Positions 1 through 10,921 of a stretch of 64,000 nucleotides of DNA are shown piece by piece (position 1 is the first letter of the stretch; every line of letters begins with the position of its first letter). The stretch lies in assembly GCA_026023565.1 (NCBI GenBank), contig JAPETS010000042.1:124001-188000 (forward strand), read 5' to 3'. The position numbers and the translations under genes are program-made. Below the pieces are notes generated by a model. The model did no database searches. It saw only the letters and a list, made by a program, of their open reading frames with translations, and had not been told where the DNA came from. The stretch comes from Cirrosporium novae-zelandiae (lineage: Eukaryota).

Positions 1-800
1 ATTGAGGTCAAAAACACACTTTCACCAAATCATAACTAGTAAACAAGCCGGCATCAAGGCCCTCTTTCAATTCTTGTGCTGTTGCATTTATAAGACTGGG
101 AAAGGTTGTACTACTGACTGAAACGTGGTCTTAGCATTAGTCGGCACAAATAAAGGGAGCCATTCCAAACCTCGTCGCCTATATGAGGGTAAATATAGAC
201 CATGAGTGAAGCTCAGGGCCAAGCTGCCTAGAAAGCAGAAATAGAGAATTCGCAAAGTCATGAATTGAGGCAGAAATTGCAAGACTGTGAATGAACGATG
301 GTCTTTGTGATCGTATTCTGAAGCAAGGGCTGGACCTGAGTCCTTTTTATACATACTCATTGTCTAACTACAGGTTCCCCAAGGAACGACCTATAACCCA
401 AGTTGTCAAACTGAGTGGTTTATTATTTCAAACATACGAATTAAACCACCTAATTGAGAAAGTTCACGGGATAATAATAAGGTCTTCATGATCGCTGGGG
501 TTGAGAAACCACGGCATTGCTTATCATGGCCAAGAAGTCGAGGGAAATATTCCGATAGGCACATATACTTACTTGTATGTGGATCTTGGGTCTTGTGGAT
601 TTCCGACCTGCTTGAAGAGGAAGTCGACTATTTCGTTTGTGTTTCCGACCTTCCCTTGATTGTTTTCTAAGCGACGTAGGATTAGAGGTTATGGATGGTA
701 TGGATGGCACGGATGGAGAAAAGAAATGGAGATGAATCCTAATTGAGTGCCAATATATCCTGGAGCATTGCAGGGATCCAAGGATGCCGTGATGGCTTGA
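1..800 (+). pseudogene. Decayed relic of an F-box/LRR-type gene resembling the intact gene at 29545-30978
   Basis: Stop-riddled + strand frames give DRILKQGLDLSPFYTYSLSNYRFPK, compared with REIIKKGLDLEIIAYAIKRFPR in the intact gene. Further fragments lie in collinear order: LSGLLFQTYELNHLIEK ~ IRGFKTSEYDLLAFLKR, HIYLLVCGSW ~ NIALDTGASW, MDGTDGEKKWR* ~ MDSDGQTGYRW. Confidence 0.45.
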
Positions 801-1394
801 CCTGTGTCACATTTATGCATCCAAATTTTCTGAGCCTGAAATTTAATTATACGTTTCAGTTTTCAATTGCCTGCAAAGTCTCTTGATAGTCTTAGAGTAA
901 AAGAACGGGATATTTGAAATATCACACTTGGAGTTTTGTGAACGGTTTTCTCCATGTAGAGGCAGGGTACCAGTACCACATCCCGATATCTGTCTAGTGA
1001 TGGTCTGTAGTCAAGCCAAGATTCTCCTTGAAGATAATCCCTGAATGTCACCAAGGATCATCAAAAATATTCACTAATTAGTGGTTGGGATAGGAGCTAT
1101 CCCAAGCACGAATACAGAAAAAATGACCACGAGCATAAATAAAAGAGAGGTCCAAAGACCTGGTATTGAAGAAAAGAAAAGATAGATTTTCATATGATTA
1201 AAAAAGATTGATTTGCAAAATTCCAAGACTGGTGAAGGATATGATGATAGTCTTATACAGCAGATCAAGTTGTGGCGGTTGTGTGTTGTGGGGAACAAAG
1301 AACTTGGCTTTCAGTATTAATGCCTGAGGCTTGAATCTATCACTACCACCATCCTTTTCTCAAATTTAGTCTTTCATTTAGGATTCATCTTGTG

Positions 1395-1421
1395 TCTGGC
1401 ACATCTGGCATATCTGGCACA
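1395..1421. repeat. 9-bp tandem repeat TCTGGCA(C/T)A x3 upstream of GPI17
   Basis: tctggcaca tctggcata tctggcaca read directly. Confidence 0.8.
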
Positions 1422-1497
1422 TGAATGGTTTGAGATGATATGATCTGATCTGAGTGCGAAGAATGACGCCAACCTTTTCACAAATCATCTAGTTTCA

Positions 1498-3276
1498 ATG
1501 GCGGGAGATGGCGCCTCCGTCGAGAAGCCCGCAATACCCGTGGCATCAACCCCGACAACCAAAAAGCCTCCTCCTGAATCTGCTGAAAGTATTCGCACAC
1601 GAACATGTGTGATACTCACTTTCTGGGTTGTCATCATCTTTCTAGGACTTCCGATATGGTGGAAAACAACTTCGATATATCGGGCGCGTTTGCCTTTGCA
1701 CGATATGATGGAATGGGCTGATGGCAAGGTACCTACTAGCTATCTGTATACTTCAATTGGACATGAAGCTAATCCATTTCAATATCAGGCATGTCGACCA
1801 GTCTTTCCACTCAAAATAGCTGTCGAGGCGCCTTGGTTACAACCAAGTGAAGCCCAGCACCTTGTTCGAACCACCCAACATGCGCTCGACGACTTGAATG
1901 AATTCTCCGCCCACCACCTCCGACTGCAGCTGGCAGACACCGAAACCTCGAACCATTCGACCCAAGTATATTCCTCATCAAGTATTGTCTACAGTACAGA
2001 AGCACAAGAGGAGGGGCAGGACACGACATTGATGGTGAAGCTCCTCCCGGTTGACGATACATCTACTCCCCGCGCGGCACTCGAGGCATACAATCCGGTT
2101 TTAAATGTATTATACAGCCCAAATCAGATACCATCCTCGTCAGCATCAATTTCACCATTGGCCAGTTTCATAGCCAACCAGCTACAAAAGATTTTCGAGG
2201 AGGAGCAGGCAACGATTGCGTATATTCTCTCTGCAAGCAACACGGGATACATTCAGACCAATCAACCACCAGTTTCCCCGGAACTGGCTACAGCGTTATC
2301 TCGTCGGTCGACTCGAGCCCTCAAATATGCTCCTACATACCACCTGACGATATCGCTATTCACCCCAACCTACGCCCCATCATCCTGGGACATTGAAGAG
2401 ATCATGCAATCAACTGTCAACCCCCTTGTCTCGGCCTTCTCCTCCATCTCCAATTTCACAATCGACACCCAACTTCAACTCTACGCCTCGCCTTCACCTT
2501 CAACCCCAGAGCCCGTCTTCTCAGAAGAACTCCAAGCATTCACTCTCCAGCAGCCATCACTAAGTGGCTTCATCAACGCAGCTGAATGGCCACTCTCACC
2601 CTCAATCGGTTCGGGCCCCACCATAAACCTGGTGGTCTACGTACCACCCCCGAACCTAACCCCACTAACCATCTCGCCCTCCAACAAAACCTCATGGCTA
2701 ATCCCTCAATGGGGCGCGGTGTCGATCCTCAACATCCCACCTCACCATCCACCTCACCTCGACAAAGCAGATCTCCTACCCCCGCTACAAACCCTAACAA
2801 CCCACCTCCTCACCCTCCTCGGCCTCCCCTCAACCCCTTCATCCCTACCCCTGCGCCTCTCCTCCCTCACACGCACCCACACCCTAACCCTCCTCCTCTC
2901 CTCCAGCAGCACCCTCGGCAGCCTCGCCCGACTCACCCAATCCCTCCCCTCAATCCCAATCCCACGCACCGTCGCCGCCTCCGTCCGCTCAACCCTCTCC
3001 CACCTCTCCACAACCTGCTCCGACCTCACGGCCGGTCGGTTTCGAAAAGCCCTCCAGGAAGCCCGCGAGGCCGAGCGCGAGAGCGAATCGGCGTTTTTTG
3101 AAAAAAGTATGGTCGGCCAGGTTTATTTTCCAGAGGAGCATAAGGTTGCGGTTTATTTGCCGTTGTTGGGACCGATGGGTGTGCCGTTGTGTGTTGCATT
3201 GCTCAAGGAGGTGGGGAGGTGGGTTGGGGGGTGGAGGAGGGGGATCAAGGGTGGTGAGAAGGATAAGACGGCTTGA
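1498..3276 (+). CDS. GPI17: GPI transamidase component PIG-S/Gpi17
   Basis: N-terminal TM plus GLPIWWKTTSIYRA, FINAAEWPL, SWLIPQWG and C-terminal AFFEKSMVGQVYFPEEHKVAVYLPLLGP. Probable in-frame 60-nt intron 1729-1788 (GTACCT..GCTAAT..CAG) joins WADGK|ACRPVFPL. Confidence 0.95.
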   Translation: MAGDGASVEKPAIPVASTPTTKKPPPESAESIRTRTCVILTFWVVIIFLGLPIWWKTTSIYRARLPLHDMMEWADGKVPTSYLYTSIGHEANPFQYQACRPVFPLKIAVEAPWLQPSEAQHLVRTTQHALDDLNEFSAHHLRLQLADTETSNHSTQVYSSSSIVYSTEAQEEGQDTTLMVKLLPVDDTSTPRAALEAYNPVLNVLYSPNQIPSSSASISPLASFIANQLQKIFEEEQATIAYILSASNTGYIQTNQPPVSPELATALSRRSTRALKYAPTYHLTISLFTPTYAPSSWDIEEIMQSTVNPLVSAFSSISNFTIDTQLQLYASPSPSTPEPVFSEELQAFTLQQPSLSGFINAAEWPLSPSIGSGPTINLVVYVPPPNLTPLTISPSNKTSWLIPQWGAVSILNIPPHHPPHLDKADLLPPLQTLTTHLLTLLGLPSTPSSLPLRLSSLTRTHTLTLLLSSSSTLGSLARLTQSLPSIPIPRTVAASVRSTLSHLSTTCSDLTAGRFRKALQEAREAERESESAFFEKSMVGQVYFPEEHKVAVYLPLLGPMGVPLCVALLKEVGRWVGGWRRGIKGGEKDKTA

Positions 3277-4143
3277 GTGGTTGTGGGTGGGTAGGTATGG
3301 GTTGTTTTTTTTGCAAAGAACTAAACTCAGGTTTAAACCAGTATACGAGAGGATATATCTATCATAGAATATAAATTAGTTAGATCAAGATCCTTGTGGG
3401 ATAAAGAATAAAAACCAAAGACCAAAAAAAAATAACCTAGAGTTGAGGTACGTGATGAATGCTTGTAATTATATCTATTTATCTCTCTATCCATCCATCC
3501 CTACAAAAGACTGTCCAAACTTCTCAAATCCCCTACCTCCAAACCTCGGAAAAGAAAATCACACATCACACATATACAGATAGCTAGATATTCCAATCCA
3601 CAACTCCTATTCACACAACTCAAACCTCCCACTCCCGCTAGCTCCCCTTTCCACCTCCAGCTCTCCAACCCTTCTTCCTATACCAAAGATTAAATTTTCA
3701 TGTCCAATGTTCAATTCCATTCCCACTTTAATTTTCCATTTTCCAAATTTTTGGTTGAAATAGCCTCTCACTCTTGGTCGCTTGATCAATTTAGTTGATT
3801 AATTAGTTGGAAGGTGGGAGGTGGATTATTATGCTTATATCTACTTGTCTTTGTTGGTAGGTACGTAGTACAGTACGGAAGGAAGTATTTATGGGAGTAG
3901 ATTTATAAAAAATATATCCTAACTCACAACCCCAACCTCTCAATCAATCAATCAAAAAGTTCCACCTCTCAAAAAAAAAAATCCATCCCAATCCTTTTGA
4001 TTTTGAGTTTTAAGTTTTGGATATCCCCATATCCTATATCCCTTTACTTCTATATTCTGTAGTAAGGCAGAGATTATTTTCTAAAGAAGGGAGAGGCTAG
4101 ACGGGTGGCTCTTGGGATAGCTATTAGATATTGGATATTAGAG

Positions 4144-4146
<3 letters not shown>

Positions 4147-4202
<56 letters not shown>
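4147..4202. repeat. (TG)28 microsatellite
   Basis: Perfect dinucleotide run. Confidence 0.98.
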
Positions 4203-4204
<2 letters not shown>

Positions 4205-7200
4205 GTCATTGGCGTTATTGTTGGTGGGAATAGGAATGGATTTGAGATCTTGATTCTATTCTTGCCGTGTGAGAGTTGGGCTATTCCTTTATTTTTATTG
4301 AGAATTTGAGGTCGCTATGTACAATATTCATATACACTACTCCTCTCTCTCTTTTTTTCGGGGGGGTGTAGGATGGATGGATGAATCGTCTTCGAGGATT
4401 TCTAGGTTTTGGTAGGTTTAGGAGAGATAGATAGAGAGGGGGGGTGTTGGGCTTGAGGTTGAGGTTGGGTTTGGGCGTTGAGGGGTGGAAGGGTATAGGA
4501 CCGGCATTTCCCCTTTCCCCAAAATACCTATCCCAGAATCCTTAGCCCTTTAATCATCATCACCATGCTCCTCCCCCTCCTCAAATTAGAATAGGGGTTC
4601 CAATATTCGACGGATTTTTTAGAATATATCTTCGGATTCGGATTCAGCTTCGGTTGAAAGTTGGAAAGGGTTGTTCCTGGATACCTAGGTAGATATATAA
4701 TATAATATATAAGATGTGGAATGGAAATGGGAAATGGGAAATGGGGTGTGTTTGTGGGTTTTTATTAAAAGGATTAGATGAGGTATTGGGTTGGTTTGAA
4801 TGTTTTGGAGTTAGGCATATGGTTAGTATGAGATGTTTTGGATATTTACTGTACATGTATATGTGCAAGGGTTGAGGATGGATGGAGGGTAATAGAATAA
4901 AGGAGTAATGGTTATGATAGGTAAGTAGAGTAAGTTAGAGAGAGAGAGAAAAAAAAGGGGGGGAATTGTTGTTGTTGTAAAAGATAGCGTACTTCCTATC
5001 CCTATCCCATCTTATCCCATCAAAACCGAAGATTAATTTCGATGATTTCTATATAACATAAACTCCCCTCGTGGAACTTCTTCAAATTTTTCACATAGGT
5101 AGGTGACTAGAACCAAGTTCGGCAAACAAAAAAAAGCTATTTCGATAAGTGATTTTTGTACTGTACAGAATAAGGGATTAACTGTTTTTTTTTTGGAAAG
5201 GGTGATCGCTGCGAGACTGGTAGTTAGATGTAGATGCGGATGTAAAATGATTTTTTTGGTTCTTGTCTGGGATTGGGTTTGGATAGGATGCTAGGGCTGC
5301 GGAATAGGGCTAGGGTGTTAGCTATATATAAGAGGGGAATTAGAGATAGGACAGTTGCGAGGGCATAATTTATGTGGTTGATTGATACTGAAGAGTCCAT
5401 ATCGCGATGAGGAATGATCAATAGCCGCAGCTTGGGGTTGGATAGTAAGGTCTTAGAAAAAGTGCTGTTGTTCCCTTCTCATTTGTAAGCGACATGCAGA
5501 CGATAAAAATGAATAATAATCATTCCCTTCACATTATTATTAGGTTGATAATTAGGATATTTCGACTGATCACCGTGTCACTGGGTTGATGTCCTTCTAA
5601 GCTGACGTTTAAGCTGACGTCCAAGCTGGCTAGCTTGAATAAGCGTTTTGGGTTAGATGCCTCTCCAGCTTGTCTACGCCCAAGTTGACGGACGGATCGG
5701 CAGATAGACAGATGACGAGGTGATTGTAAGTTTCGTGAACCGAATCAATTTAATCATTACCTGGGTAATTGCTCAGCTGTCTCTTTGGTGTATAAGCAAG
5801 GAACAAGTCTGGTGAAAAAAATGGTGGGTTTTTGGATATCGTGGTGATTGGCTTGGGCCCTTGGGTCTCTCATGGAGCCATGAGAGATTGAGAGATGAAA
5901 GATGGGTTCTGATAAAAATGAGGTTGTGTTTGATACAAAGGCTGGAGACACAACTCGTCAGGTATATTGAGGTTAAGAAACCCATCGCACGTCATGAATG
6001 GCGCAATACTCACTTGGTCACTTGGTCAATTTTGTCCCAATATAGAATTCTATCCAGTGGAGCAAGATAAGAAACAGTCAATGGTTTAAATCTGCATTGA
6101 TAATGACGAATATTGAAACTAAGAGGTTTTCACGTCACCACCGCCAAGAGCTGGAAGCCAAGAATGTTGACGACTCTTGTCAACCCACCACCAGGAAACA
6201 GTTAAAACAACATTTGTTCTCAGCAATTGTATTGAGAACGCTGAAATTAGGTACAACTTTAAGGTGGTATAGTAAATGCGAAACATCATCCAATGTTGAC
6301 ACCAAAGCAATATGAAAGTGGCTTGATTGGATGAAACACCATATTATCATGAAGAAAACAAGATAAGCCATAAAACTTAGAAGCGCCAATTGATTCCAAG
6401 TAGATATTAGCAGCAGGTTTGCAGTTCGAGAAGCAACAGAAGACATGGCCATTGAGATCCAGCGGCCTGGATTTGGACGATGGTGGATATCAAGGCAGAA
6501 ACGAAAAGTCCAGTTCTTTAGAGGCTATTCATAACATCCCCAAACAGGAATTTTCAATATAAAGTCATGGTTGCTTCATGCATAAGTAAAGTTGAAATAT
6601 AATTGGCGGATAGAGCATGCTGGTGTCAATCTTCAGGATATCCTACCTATGATGACATGGATCTAGGAGTCATGAACCATCCAAGACGCGCGCTGAAGAA
6701 TCCGATAGACAAGCAAGCGGGCATAGACAGATCTTTTAAGGTTCCACAACCAGTAGCTGATGAAGAAACCATCTGGTTTCTGGATTGGGCTTGGAGCCGC
6801 CGGCCACCTCGGTCTCCTTAAGCGGCCAGGAAAGCGCGCGACTCGTGATCTACGAACCACAAGCTTTTATCTAACTCAAGGTTATCAACGACTGCGACTT
6901 GGAACGAGGTCATTCGTCGTTTCAGTAGGGTAATTGAATGACTGTCCGAGGGGTAACCCGCTGGGAATTTACTTAGTGGCGGGTATAGCATGGTGAGTGA
7001 TGGAAAGAATAGATATATGAAGGCCACTTGAGAATAATTTCCAACTTGAGAGTTTTTCTCTCATCATCGCTGGCCGCAAACAAAGCTAGAAGCTTTTCCT
7101 CCTTCTACCATCTCATCTATTCTGGGACTCAGCTCAACAAGGTACCTTTTTTGACTCTTCTCGTGTCGCCTGAAACAGACCAAAGGTGAACTATTCCAGG

Positions 7201-8379
7201 TAAACTAGACAGTTGAGTGTGACATTGCAAGCATCTGATCATTTACCAGGCTTATTTCGTCCAAGGCTCTCTCCCAACTTCTAGCAAGACTCGGACTTGT
7301 TGTTGTTGCTGACAAAGTCTCCTTTGTTCAAGCTGCAGGCCAAGGTGGTCGAATCACATTGCAGTTTACCGAAAAACCACGGAGTTTGATTTGATTGGAT
7401 CAAAGGTGTCTTGGTTATCCGGAGATTCCTTTCCCCAATCACACTTCAGGCGCCAAAGGAAGGACAGAAGAAGAATAGAAGGGCGAATAAATTACGAATG
7501 AAAGGAAAGAAAAGTTTAAGAAAAAAAGACAGCAACAACTCCAGGGCCCTAGCGTGCCTATCCAGGACTAGTTAGAAATAAAACGGATATTTCCGGTACT
7601 AGTCTTCTTTAGGCTCCAGTCTCTTATCCTGGAACACCTGGTCTGGTCCTTCGCCTTGGTCTTTATCCTGGTCCCTATCCTGGTTCTTTCCTTTGACTCT
7701 AAAAAAGTATCCAAGAGATTCGGAACTTGCATCATCCCCCCACGCCGCTTCAACCCATTCAAATCCATACCAACCATACCCTTCCCCAAAACACCCCTCC
7801 AGGCGCTTTTTCTCCCCCAAGTCTACTCTACAACAACAAACCTGCATCAGCAAATATCCACTATCCGCCCTCACGCTCGCTCACTCATTCACTCACCCCA
7901 ACTTGACCTACCCACACCTTCTCATCATCTTCTTCCTCCTTACTCGTTCATTCAACTTGTACCTTCTGTACCTAAACTACAATAATCGTTGTGCTGCGCT
8001 GGCCGTTGCTTTCCCGGCCCACTGCTGCTCTTGCTGATAATTGTTGCTAATTATTCCCCTCTTACGCGCCCGCCTCTTCTGTGTTATATTCATAGCAACA
8101 AACAAGACAAGGCCCTTGTACCATAGCCGTCGACCGGCTGCTCAACCTTTACACTAATTTCCACCTTGACCTTGAGCTGGTCTCCAAAAATATTTGTGTT
8201 AAGACCAGCCTTACCTAGCTTGGTTTTCTCTCTTTTAGCCTGATCACCTCCAATCTTCTTTTCTCCTCTTTACGGCCCCTTGGAAGGAGATATTGGGGTC
8301 GGCCTTCATTGCTGATTGTAACCCAACGTCCTCGCATAGGACGTCCCTCACGCTCATTCTCAAGACGTCAGAAATCAGA

Positions 8380-9012
8380 ATGGCAACAGCAAAGCCGACC
8401 CTTGCGCGCCTCAAGACGCCCAAGACTGGAGCGTTTCCATCAGAGATTCCCAGGAGCGCCAATCCTGCTCTCATTGAATTCATCAAGAGGGAAGATGATC
8501 TGAAGACCCCAATTACTCCTCCGACCGCCTATGTGGACTTCCTGAAAGCTCTGTCTCCTGCGATGCCCACACCTCTTACCGCAAATCAATCGTTCGACTT
8601 CAGTGACAAGGCCTCTGACAAATCTACTCCTACTCCAACCTCCCAGCCTTCTACAGCAAGCAGCTGCTCCTGTAGTTGTGAAAATCGCAAAACGCCCATC
8701 AACACCGTACCTCCATCACCATTTGCTCGTCCACGATGTGGTCGCACTCCGACCGCATTGCGACGATTGCGCATTCCTCAATCACCGGCATTTTCACCTG
8801 CAACAGACTCACCATTGTCTTCTGCGGTTCTATCTCCATTTTCTCCTCAAGAGTGGGCATTGGTTGGGAAGACGAGAATTTTTGATGCTCCCCGCTCCGC
8901 AACGACCAGACCCGTGAGTGTCCGTCAGGTGGTCACTCGAACGATTACATACAAACGAAACACACCGGCTTTAGAACCAGCCCCAAAAGGCAAAAGAAAG
9001 AGGGTTGATTAA
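8380..9012 (+). CDS. Conserved-looking fungal Ser/Thr/Pro-rich hypothetical protein (~210 aa), probably nuclear
   Basis: Intronless ORF from ATG 8380 with motif PITPPTAYVDFLKAL, many S/T-P sites and a basic C-terminal NLS-like KGKRKRVD. Confidence 0.75.
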   Translation: MATAKPTLARLKTPKTGAFPSEIPRSANPALIEFIKREDDLKTPITPPTAYVDFLKALSPAMPTPLTANQSFDFSDKASDKSTPTPTSQPSTASSCSCSCENRKTPINTVPPSPFARPRCGRTPTALRRLRIPQSPAFSPATDSPLSSAVLSPFSPQEWALVGKTRIFDAPRSATTRPVSVRQVVTRTITYKRNTPALEPAPKGKRKRVD

Positions 9013-10720
9013 TGGCAGGAATTATATTCCTCTAATTGACCAAACCACGTCATTCCTTTGGCGAATTTGTCCTCGGTCTGTATGGACTTTGAACGCTACT
9101 CCGTCCTATAATATGGACCTCGCCTTTCAACAACAATCGACTTAACCTTGACCTTATTTTCTCATATCCCCTTTATTCGGACCGAGAAGTACCAAGGGGA
9201 ACTACGATTTCACGATATTTAATGACAGAAAACGGCGGAGTTTATTAGGATTTGTTAATTACATCTATCATTTCAAAGCAATTTCTTTTGTTCATGGACG
9301 AGCCTACTTTCTTCATTTCATCTGACGAAAAGACTCGATTGGACGGGTGGAGCAGTTTGCTGCATATTCTACGGAGGAGAAAGAGGCGGGAATATGGGAT
9401 CTGGTTGACTGTTCATTGGAGGTGTGTGGCTATCTCCTGGCATGATATGGATCGAATGGAGGGGTGTTTGAAGCACATGAAGATATAAATAGGGTCAGAT
9501 TTCAGTCACAAAACACTTTAAAATCTGCTTGATGAACTATAAGACGCATGAGATGTCTGTATCAGACACGAGTATCCTAATTTAACCTCTTTGAGCAGCA
9601 AACAACCAGGTGTTGAGACTGATGGAGTCAGAAAATTGTAGAAAGTACCCATTGCTGCGAGTTAATATAGAAAATGTACATTGATTGCATTCACCAATCA
9701 AAAGGAAAGTAAAAGCGGCATGGGGTCTAATAAGCGCCGCGCCAGCTCATCGCCCCCAGGCCCCAGTTCCCCCGGACCCAAAAATAGGCCTAACGGAGCT
9801 GAGAGATGTCATTGGACAAGCCAATGTTGACAGGGCAAGGGGGGAATGTCTCTCGGGCGCTTAGAGGCACACAGTTTCCATGTCTTCGGGCTCACACGGA
9901 GCATGAGATTAGTACGAGAAGGATTTTGAGCCCTCTGGGGTCCTCTGGATGGCGAGGTGAGATTGGATGAGGACAAGTTAATTGTTTGCGTGGGATTTGC
10001 AAGCCAAGGTTAGAACTGGATTGAGTTCTGACCTCTGAGATGTTGAAGATTTTTTTTTCTTTTTGAGAGCCTCTTCCTTTTGAAAAGGTGGTGGGGGAAG
10101 TAGTACAAGTTACCTACTGTGAGTGTCAGCCCATTGGCCGTTGGCTTTAGGTGAACCGTTGCCATTTACACTTTTATCAGCGAATTAACAGTCCTTCACA
10201 CAGCACACAGGGCAGATGATTTCCCAATATTAATCATCTATTCTTTTTCTTTTCTGTTAATTACCTACAGCTAACTACACAGCACCTAGTTTTGAAGCCA
10301 TACTTTAAAAAAGCAAATCAGTTGACTCGCTAATCATGTCGAATGATATGCTATCATGATTCATGCCCATTACCCTCTTCTCATTCTTAGTCCAACTTAA
10401 TCCTCACAACGACCATCAATGCCATAAAGGCTTGACACTTGTCAAGAAACTACATGTATCTAACAAGTAAAAGGAAGCTGGTTAATATTGGTGGGCCTCT
10501 TTGCAGGTTGACAAGTCTTCAGTCGAGGGAATCCGAAATCTGCAAAAACATGCAACATCTAAACAGTGGATATGACCATCGAAGCTTTGGTTGTAAAAAG
10601 GGTGATGGGAATTATTTATATGAAAAAAGGATCAAGTGTCATTTGTTATAAATGCTGGCATATCTGCTCCATGTTATTGTAATTATCATGTGATTTCGTG
10701 GTGGATGGATTGATAAACCA

Positions 10721-10726
10721 CCTCGG
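10721..10726 (+). promoter_or_regulatory. CCTCGG motif (FarA/FarB/CTF1-type fatty-acid induction site), ~200 bp upstream of the acyl-CoA synthetase
   Basis: Exact hexamer in a position fitting a fatty-acid catabolic gene, but it is short and also occurs elsewhere by chance. Confidence 0.4.
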
Positions 10727-10921
10727 CACGGAGCGGCCAGTGCGAGGACCGACAAAGTTGTTTACCAGTCACTGCGGTGTATAGACGAGTCTTGAATGAA
10801 TCCCCTTCAACTTCTCCAGAATTAATATATTAATTTATTATCCTAACTTGATAGGAGTGGGCTTGGTTCAACCGATATGCATCCCGAATTGTCCATTCCT
10901 TGATACCAATCACATTTAAAA

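Noticed and set aside
2586..3101. Pro-rich 171-aa alternative-frame ORF inside GPI17
   Set aside because: By-product of C-rich, stop-poor sequence
3300..5500. AT-rich low-complexity gap as a possible TE or centromeric relic
   Set aside because: Only simple repeats and homopolymers; no terminal repeats or transposase remnants recognised
5598..5630. AAGCTGACGT short tandem with CRE-like TGACGT
   Set aside because: Two to three degenerate copies, far from any gene start
863..5951. Shared hexapeptide LVPCLY in two short minus-strand ORFs (863-1054 and 5757-5951)
   Set aside because: No extended similarity; such matches are expected by chance among hundreds of spurious ORFs
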